From: a candidate division WOR-3 bacterium | GTDB taxonomy: Bacteria > Hydrothermota > Tepidihabitantia > Tepidihabitantales > CAIPLT01 | DNA length: 12,629 nucleotides | Reading direction: 5' to 3' | Assembly (NCBI GenBank): GCA_965649215.1 | Contig: CBFGJZ010000007.1 | Coordinates: 16,361-28,989, forward strand | Shown: piece after piece, positions 6,624 through 12,629 of the stretch | Layout of the letters: every line of letters begins with the position of its first letter | Numbering within the stretch: the first letter of the stretch is position 1 | Made by a program: the position numbers and the translations under genes | The notes under the pieces: generated by a model | Told to the model about the DNA's origin: nothing | Databases searched by the model: none | What the model saw: the letters and a program-made list of their open reading frames with translations, nothing else

Positions 6624-7732
6624 TAAAACAGAAAGCAAAAAATGTAAATAAAAAATTAACAAAAATAATTGGAATCGACCCTGGCACAAAAAGTTTTGAT
6701 ATTTTGGGAATTAGGTTTATCAGTAAGCAAGAAAAGATTTTTTTAGATAAGTCAATTCCATCCGAACAAGTAGCAACAAATCCTGAGATCTTATTAGCCG
6801 AAATTAAACCATATTTACCTGTTGATGCGATTATTGGTCCATCTGGATATGGATTACCTTTAACAAAACTTGCTGACGCAGGAGACAATGAATTGAGCCA
6901 AATATTGCCTATTGAAGGTGAGAATACAGGTGGTGTCTCTGTTAATGAAGGTATTAAGCGATTATTTCGCAAAATGAAAGAGATGGACTTACCGGTCTAT
7001 TTTACGCCAGGGGTGATTCATCTACCAACAATTCCAAAATATCGTAAATTAAATCATATGGATATGGGTACAGCAGATAAACTGTGTTGTGTTGCTTTAG
7101 CAATGAAAGACCAATCCTTACGACTTAAAATCCCTGTTAGAAAAACTTCTTTTATATTATTAGAAATGGGCTTTGGTTTCACCGCTGCGATGGCGGTAAA
7201 AGATGGGCAAGTAATTGATGGGTTAGGTGGAACACTTGGATTTGCGGGATTTCTTGGCAGTGGTCATTTAGATGGTGAATTAGCAATCAGAATGGATAAA
7301 GCTCCGCAAGGAGTTTTATTTACAGGAGGTGCTTCAAGTCTTATTGTTAATCCAATCAAGGATATTAAAGAATTACCAAAATATAAACAAGTGTTTAACT
7401 TATTAATTGAAAGCGCATTAAAAGATATTGCTTGTATGTTAATTAGTCAACCCAAGCCAACAGAAATTATTTTATCGGGTAGATTATGTCGTGACCAATG
7501 TATAAATAAGGAATTGAAAAAACAGATACATAGACATTTTCCCAATATATGTATATCGCAAGTTAAACGAAGTGCAAAAATTGCTAAAGAAGCAACTGAA
7601 GGCGCTGTTATTTTAGGGGCAGGAATCTTGGGTGTAAAATATACTGATATTTTTAATTCCCTTAAAATAAAAGAAGCAAAAGGGACAATGTATGATTATA
7701 TAACATTAGCAAATTTCAAATCAAAATTATAA
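6617..7732 (+). CDS. DUF1464-family (COG2441 'predicted butyrate kinase'-like) ASKHA-fold putative kinase
   Basis: Motifs recognised from the family: GIDPGTKSFD, GPSGYGLP, PGVIHLPTIP.YRK.N..DMGTADK, SFILLEMGFGFTAAMAVKDGQVIDGLGGT, IILSGR, AKEA.EGA. The ATG at 6617 overlaps the upstream stop (ATGTTAA) and is preferred over the TTG at 6608. Confidence 0.8.
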   Translation: MLIKQKAKNVNKKLTKIIGIDPGTKSFDILGIRFISKQEKIFLDKSIPSEQVATNPEILLAEIKPYLPVDAIIGPSGYGLPLTKLADAGDNELSQILPIEGENTGGVSVNEGIKRLFRKMKEMDLPVYFTPGVIHLPTIPKYRKLNHMDMGTADKLCCVALAMKDQSLRLKIPVRKTSFILLEMGFGFTAAMAVKDGQVIDGLGGTLGFAGFLGSGHLDGELAIRMDKAPQGVLFTGGASSLIVNPIKDIKELPKYKQVFNLLIESALKDIACMLISQPKPTEIILSGRLCRDQCINKELKKQIHRHFPNICISQVKRSAKIAKEATEGAVILGAGILGVKYTDIFNSLKIKEAKGTMYDYITLANFKSKL

Positions 7733-7763
7733 ACGATAATAAAAAAATAAATTATTTTATTTT

Positions 7764-8180
7764 ATGGCACGGATTTTAGCAATTGATTTTGGAAAGAAGC
7801 ACATTGGTATCGCAATTTCTGATGAAACAAAAACAATTGCAACGGGTTTAGATACTATTTATTATAAGCATCAATATGAAGTTATTACAAAACTTAAAGC
7901 AATAATTGAGGAGAAACCAATTGAAAAAATTGTACTTGGTTATCCACTATCAATGTCAGGTAAAATGACTTCAATCGGTTTGGTTGTGCTAGAATTTAAA
8001 AAGTTATTAGAAAAAGAATTAAAGGTTAAAGTTGAATTATTAGATGAACGTTTAACAACCGAAATATCCAAACGCATTGTTGAGCAAGTAAGAAGAAAAC
8101 CAACCCCTCCAAAAGCAATTTTGGATAAATTATCGGCAGTGATTATGTTACAAGATTATCTAAGTCAACAGAAAAAATGA
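7764..8180 (+). CDS. ruvX: YqgF/RuvX RNase H-fold nuclease (putative pre-16S rRNA nuclease / Holliday junction resolvase-like)
   Basis: RILAIDFGKKHIGIAISD, IVLGYP, DERLTT, D.LSAVIMLQDYL; 138 aa. Confidence 0.95.
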   Translation: MARILAIDFGKKHIGIAISDETKTIATGLDTIYYKHQYEVITKLKAIIEEKPIEKIVLGYPLSMSGKMTSIGLVVLEFKKLLEKELKVKVELLDERLTTEISKRIVEQVRRKPTPPKAILDKLSAVIMLQDYLSQQKK

Positions 8181-9148
8181 AAAGTAAGATAAAGAAATTA
8201 TTTTTATATTCAATAATTATTTTATTTATATTGTGTAAAATCTCTTGTAATTATCCAATTAATAATTCAGAGTATAAACAGATAATTATTCGTCCTAACG
8301 AAACTGCTCATCAAGTGGCATTACAATTAAAAGATGCTGGTATAATTAATGATCCAAAAAGTTTTATCTTATGGGCACGACTTTTAGGTTATGATAAGAA
8401 AATTAAATCGGGTCGTTATCGACTAAAAGTCAATTCTCGTGCATATGATGTGTTAAAGATTTTAAATCAGGGGGGAGAGAAAAGTTCATTAATTACAATT
8501 CCGGAAGGATATACGATCAAACAAATTGCTACTTTATTGGAAAATGAAGGAATTTGCCGTCAAAATGAATTTATTGAAGAATGTCGTAATAAAGTATTAT
8601 TGGAATCACTGAATATTAAAAGTTCCTTAGCAGAAGGTTATTTGTTTCCTGATTCATACGAGTTTTTATTTAATAGTGAACCGAAAATAATTATTGAAAA
8701 GATGGTAAATCGGTTCTGGCAAGTTTGGCGAGAAATAAGTAATGTAAATTCAATAAACCAGAAATCTCTGGATACAATATTAATCATCGCTTCATTAGTG
8801 GAGAAAGAAGCAAAATTAGCAAATGAACGGGGAATTATCGCATCAGTCTTTTACAATCGTCTCAAACTAAAAATGCCATTACAATCCTGTGCCACAGTGC
8901 AATATGTCTTACCAAATCATAAAGAAGTTTTAAGTATCGAAGATACCAAGATTGATTCACCATATAATACTTATCTTTATTTAGGTTTGCCACCAACGCC
9001 AATTTGTAATCCAGGAAAATCATCTTTAATTGCAGCGCTAAATCCGGCGAGAACCAAATACTTATATTTCGCAGTCTCTAATAATGGAACGCATCATTTT
9101 TCCGAAACTTTTAGTGAACATCAACGTTTTTTACGAAATAAAAAATAG
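8177..9148 (+). CDS. mltG: Endolytic murein transglycosylase MltG (YceG family)
   Basis: N-terminal hydrophobic anchor, ITIPEG, EGYLFPDSY, ASLVEKE (catalytic Glu), SVFYNRL, SPYNTY..GLPPTPICNPG, YLYF. ATGA overlap with ruvX, matching the common yqgF-mltG pairing. Confidence 0.96.
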   Translation: MKSKIKKLFLYSIIILFILCKISCNYPINNSEYKQIIIRPNETAHQVALQLKDAGIINDPKSFILWARLLGYDKKIKSGRYRLKVNSRAYDVLKILNQGGEKSSLITIPEGYTIKQIATLLENEGICRQNEFIEECRNKVLLESLNIKSSLAEGYLFPDSYEFLFNSEPKIIIEKMVNRFWQVWREISNVNSINQKSLDTILIIASLVEKEAKLANERGIIASVFYNRLKLKMPLQSCATVQYVLPNHKEVLSIEDTKIDSPYNTYLYLGLPPTPICNPGKSSLIAALNPARTKYLYFAVSNNGTHHFSETFSEHQRFLRNKK

Positions 9149-9169
9149 AGTTATTTTGCTACAATCTAA

Positions 9170-9198
9170 TTGACAAGCCGATAATTCTTTTTTAAGAT
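9170..9198 (+). promoter_or_regulatory. Predicted sigma70-type promoter for holA-leuS
   Basis: TTGACA (9170-9175), 17-nt spacer, TAAGAT (9193-9198). Confidence 0.65.
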
Positions 9199-9229
9199 TA
9201 TACAATAAAATTTGTGAAATTTAATAGCA

Positions 9230-10276
9230 ATGATGAAGAGAAAACGAACTTATCAAAGTACCAGTGCCTCAAAGTTAAGCACTAATAATGATTTTTTAAA
9301 ATATGTACATCAGATTCAAACTGGTCGGATTGAAACAGTTTATATTCTTTTTGGTGCTGATCACCCCGGTAAAAATGATTTTATTAATGAATTAAAAGGA
9401 AGCGGTGAATTTAAAATTGAAGAATATACAATGTCAGAAGCAATTAGTCAGAATACAGAAAAAGTGAATGATTTATTAAGTAAAATTTTTACCCTTTCTT
9501 TGTGGGGTGAGAGATCATTATTTATTATCTATGATTTTCAAAATCTAATTTCTAAAACTCAACAAGATATTCTTGACCGTTTAGCAACCCTACCACAAAA
9601 TTATTTTGCGACGGTTGTGATTGAAAGTAAATATAGTAAAGCATTGCAGACTTTATTCAATCAATATAATTTCCCTGTCCTTAATTTTTTTCAACCTGAT
9701 GAGAAAAGAATTATTCAATTCGTTATGGAGAGAGCTAAGAATTTAGGTTTAATTATTGAGTATAATGCAAGTAAAATGCTTATTGATTTGATTGGTAATG
9801 ATTATCAAGCAATTCAACAAGAACTAAATAAAATTAAAACTTACTTAGGGAGTGAAACAAGGGTAAATGTAGATACTGTACTTAATGCTTGTGGTTTAAT
9901 TAAAGAAAGTAGCATAGATGATTTAGTAAATGCAACTTACAATCGGAATTTAAAACAATCGTTGATTAATTTGTATCGCCTGAAAAATGACAATATTATG
10001 CCCGTAATGATTGTTGCTTATTTAGCGAATAGTGGTTTTCAGTTATTGCAGATAATTTTAGGGGCAAGCCAAGAGTCGATTGGTGAATTCGGCGTTGGTA
10101 AATTGCGTTTTCAGGCTTTATTAAAACAAAGCAAACACTGGAGTTCAAAAGAATTAACTAATTTTTTATTGGAATTAAGTAAGATTGATAAGAAAATCAA
10201 AACAGGTTATCCCGAACCTTATGTTTTATTAGAGAATTTGATAGTTAGAACAACAGGAAATTATGAAGAAAATTAA
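9230..10276 (+). CDS. holA: DNA polymerase III delta subunit (clamp loader), divergent
   Basis: VYILFG, TLSLWGERSLFII, A..MLIDLIGND...IQQELNKI..Y, SIDDLVNA, L..IDKKIKTG; typical length (348 aa); adjacent to leuS. Confidence 0.85.
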   Translation: MMKRKRTYQSTSASKLSTNNDFLKYVHQIQTGRIETVYILFGADHPGKNDFINELKGSGEFKIEEYTMSEAISQNTEKVNDLLSKIFTLSLWGERSLFIIYDFQNLISKTQQDILDRLATLPQNYFATVVIESKYSKALQTLFNQYNFPVLNFFQPDEKRIIQFVMERAKNLGLIIEYNASKMLIDLIGNDYQAIQQELNKIKTYLGSETRVNVDTVLNACGLIKESSIDDLVNATYNRNLKQSLINLYRLKNDNIMPVMIVAYLANSGFQLLQIILGASQESIGEFGVGKLRFQALLKQSKHWSSKELTNFLLELSKIDKKIKTGYPEPYVLLENLIVRTTGNYEEN

Positions 10277-10282
10277 ATAATT

Positions 10283-10288
10283 AAGGAG
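10283..10288 (+). promoter_or_regulatory. Shine-Dalgarno site of leuS
   Basis: AAGGAG lies 7 nt upstream of the ATG at 10296. Confidence 0.8.
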
Positions 10289-10295
10289 TTAACGA

Positions 10296-12629
10296 ATGAA
10301 CCAAGATTATAAAGAAATTGAAAAACAAATGCAAAAATTCTGGCAAGAACGGGGTTTGTTTAGAACCAATCCGAATCCAAAGAAAAAATATTATGTATTG
10401 GTAATGTTTCCTTATCCATCGGGCGATTTACATATTGGTCATTCTCGTAATTATACAATTGGTGATACAGTGATGCGTTTTAAGAAACTAAGGGGTTATG
10501 ATGTCTTACATCCTTTTGGCTGGGATGCTTTTGGACTGCCCGCTGAAAATGCAGCTATTATTCATGGTATTCATCCTGAAGATTGGACAAAAGAAAATAT
10601 TCGTATCTCAAAACAGCATTTAATGGATTTGGGAATTGGTTATGACTGGGATAGTGAGGTAACATCATGTGAACCTGATTATTATCGTTGGAATCAATAC
10701 TTTTTTATAAAGTTTTATGAACGGGGCTTAGCTTATCGTAAAGAGTCATATGTTAATTGGTGTCCGAATTGTCAAACCGTTTTAGCAAATGAACAGGTTA
10801 AAGATGGACATTGTTGGCGTTCTACTTGTAATGCGATTATTGAGAAACGAAAATTAACCCAATGGTATTTTAAAATTACTGATTATGCCCAACGACTGCT
10901 CGATGGTTTAAAAGAATTAAAAGATTGGCCAGAACCTGTGAAGATAATGCAAGAAAATTGGATTGGACGTAGCGAAGGAGTAGAAGTTAACTTTACTTTA
11001 GAAGACGGAACTAAGGTACCGATCTTTACGACCCGACCAGATACTCTTTATGGGGTAACTTTTATGGCATTAGCACCAGACTCACCTTTAGCAGAAACAA
11101 TTGCTATCGGCACTCAGCAAGAAAAAGCAGTCAGAAATTATATCACCGAGGCGCTTAAAAAGTCTGAAGTTGACCGAACTGGGACAGAAACAGAAAAGAC
11201 AGGTGTCTTTAGTGGTAAATATGCAATTAATCCATTAACCAATGAAAAAGTACCTGTCTATATCGCTGATTTTGTGTTAGCATCTTATGGTACGGGTATG
11301 ATTATGGCAGTGCCAGGACACGACCAACGGGATTTTGAGTTTGCTAAAAAATATAATATTCCGATAAAAGTTGTCATCAATCCCCCTGCTCAAAAATTAG
11401 ACCCTAAAACTATGGTCCAAGCATATGTTGATGAAGGGGTTATGACTAATTCAGGTCCGTTTGATGGTTTGAATAATTTAGAAGGTATCAAAAAGATAAC
11501 CGATTATTTAGAAGAAAAGGGTTTAGGTAAACGGACTGTCAACTATCGGTTAAAAGACTGGCTGATTTCTCGACAACGTTACTGGGGTACTCCAATTCCA
11601 ATGATTCATTGTGAAAAATGTGGTATTGTGCCCGTGCCCGAAAAAGATTTACCAGTACTTTTACCCAAAACAGTTAAAGATTATCAGCCAAAAGGCAAAT
11701 CAGTGTTAGCTGGTGTGCCTGAATTTATTAATACGACATGTCCAAAATGTCATAGCAAAGCACAAAGAGACCCTGACACCATGGATACCTTTGTTGATTC
11801 GTCATGGTATTTCTTACGCTATACCGACCCCAAAAACGATAAGATGCCATTTGAAGTTAAAAAGGCTAATCAATGGATGCCAATTGATGAATATATCGGT
11901 GGCATTGAACATGCCACAGGCCATCTTATTTACTTTCGTTTCTTTACTAAAGTCTTACATGATATGGGTATGCTTGAAGTAGATGAACCATGTCAGATTC
12001 TTCATACGCACGGAATGGTAAAAATGGGTGGCATTACAATGTCCAGTTCAAAACGACATGGTGTTTGGCTTGGTGACTTCTTAAAAGAACACGGTGCTGA
12101 TGTCTGTAAACTCGCTGTATTATTTGCTGCACCACCCGAAAAAGAAATTGACTGGTCAAATGAGATGGTTACGGGCGTAACTCGTTTTTTAAGTCGTATC
12201 AAAGCATTATATGAGCAATACACACCAATCTTTGACAGTTCTGTTATTATCCATAACAAAACAAACTGGCAAGCCAACGAACAAAAACTTTATATACGCT
12301 TAAATCAAACCATAAAAAAAGTGATTGATGATTCAGAAAAGATTCAATATAACACTGCAATTGCGGCAATTATGGAATTTTTAAATGACTTGACGGGCTT
12401 TGAAAATAAAGAGAGTTTGGTTTTTAAATATAGTCTTGGTCTAATGCTACGCTTGCTCGCACCATTTGCCCCGCATATTTCAGAATATTTATGGCTAAAA
12501 TTTTCAGGTAAAAAACATAGTATCTTTGAAGAAACATTACCTGAACCAGACCCATCGGCTTTAAGATTTACAACAATAACAATTCCAATACAAATTCAAG
12601 GGAAACTTCGTTCTAAAATTGAAGTTTCC
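10296..12629 (+). CDS. leuS: Leucine--tRNA ligase (bacterial type), 3'-truncated by the window edge (778 codons visible)
   Basis: Manual translation gives MFPYPSGDLHIGH, GWDAFGLPAENAA, TVLANEQV, MQENWIGRSEG, editing domain FTTRPDTL and AVPGHDQRD, DWLISRQRYWGTPIP, DTMDTFVDSSWY, YIGGIEHA, LLAPFAPH and QIQGKLR. The KMSKS position reads TMSSS. The ORF track omits it because there is no stop in the window. Confidence 0.98.
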   Translation, partial: MNQDYKEIEKQMQKFWQERGLFRTNPNPKKKYYVLVMFPYPSGDLHIGHSRNYTIGDTVMRFKKLRGYDVLHPFGWDAFGLPAENAAIIHGIHPEDWTKENIRISKQHLMDLGIGYDWDSEVTSCEPDYYRWNQYFFIKFYERGLAYRKESYVNWCPNCQTVLANEQVKDGHCWRSTCNAIIEKRKLTQWYFKITDYAQRLLDGLKELKDWPEPVKIMQENWIGRSEGVEVNFTLEDGTKVPIFTTRPDTLYGVTFMALAPDSPLAETIAIGTQQEKAVRNYITEALKKSEVDRTGTETEKTGVFSGKYAINPLTNEKVPVYIADFVLASYGTGMIMAVPGHDQRDFEFAKKYNIPIKVVINPPAQKLDPKTMVQAYVDEGVMTNSGPFDGLNNLEGIKKITDYLEEKGLGKRTVNYRLKDWLISRQRYWGTPIPMIHCEKCGIVPVPEKDLPVLLPKTVKDYQPKGKSVLAGVPEFINTTCPKCHSKAQRDPDTMDTFVDSSWYFLRYTDPKNDKMPFEVKKANQWMPIDEYIGGIEHATGHLIYFRFFTKVLHDMGMLEVDEPCQILHTHGMVKMGGITMSSSKRHGVWLGDFLKEHGADVCKLAVLFAAPPEKEIDWSNEMVTGVTRFLSRIKALYEQYTPIFDSSVIIHNKTNWQANEQKLYIRLNQTIKKVIDDSEKIQYNTAIAAIMEFLNDLTGFENKESLVFKYSLGLMLRLLAPFAPHISEYLWLKFSGKKHSIFEETLPEPDPSALRFTTITIPIQIQGKLRSKIEVS

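Noticed and set aside
5544-6972. Minus-strand ORFs 5544..5729, 5984..6265 and 6562..6972
   Set aside because: They are antisense to the well-supported radical SAM and DUF1464 genes and have no family features.
7744-7758. AAAATAA-A-TTATTTT palindrome before ruvX, considered as a terminator or operator
   Set aside because: It is composed only of A/T with a 1-nt loop, so it is too weak for a terminator and likely chance in AT-rich DNA.
8879-8905. MltG LQSCATVQY in place of LQ(S/T)DPTV
   Set aside because: I recall this variant in many other MltG proteins, and the catalytic Glu in SLVEKE is intact.
11898-11933. LeuRS GGIEHATGHLIY instead of EHA(I/V)(L/M)HLLY, and absence of a leucine-specific domain
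   Set aside because: HATGH is a variant I recall from Bacteroidota LeuRS, and many bacterial LeuRS lack the leucine-specific domain.
11713-12277. ORF-track entries 11713..11982 (+) and 12002..12277 (-)
   Set aside because: Both lie inside the continuous leuS reading frame, out of frame or antisense.

Overview
AT-rich bacterial chromosomal window. The N-terminal domain style of the secreted protein suggests an FCB-group or candidate-phylum organism, but that is inference only. Two long genes run off the window edges and are absent from the ORF track. On the minus strand, 2574->1 encodes a secreted, highly repetitive fibre/adhesin-like protein of more than 858 aa. On the plus strand, 10296->12629 encodes leucyl-tRNA synthetase. 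Between them, on the plus strand, lie uvrA, a radical SAM/SPASM enzyme coupled to a DUF1464-type ASKHA-fold putative kinase, ruvX(yqgF), mltG and holA. Four well-spaced sigma70-type promoters are visible. The most notable points are: (1) an unexplained radical SAM/SPASM + DUF1464 gene pair with its own promoter among housekeeping genes; (2) a modular phage-tail-fibre-like surface protein with shuffled repeats, an HxH motif, many D-S/T sequons and at least 19 decapeptide repeats; (3) a LeuRS whose KMSKS motif reads TMSSS; (4) a UvrA whose first ABC signature reads LGGGE; (5) an AAACT-N1/2-AGTTT palindrome in both the uvrA and radical SAM promoters. No RNA genes, CRISPR arrays or mobile elements were recognised.
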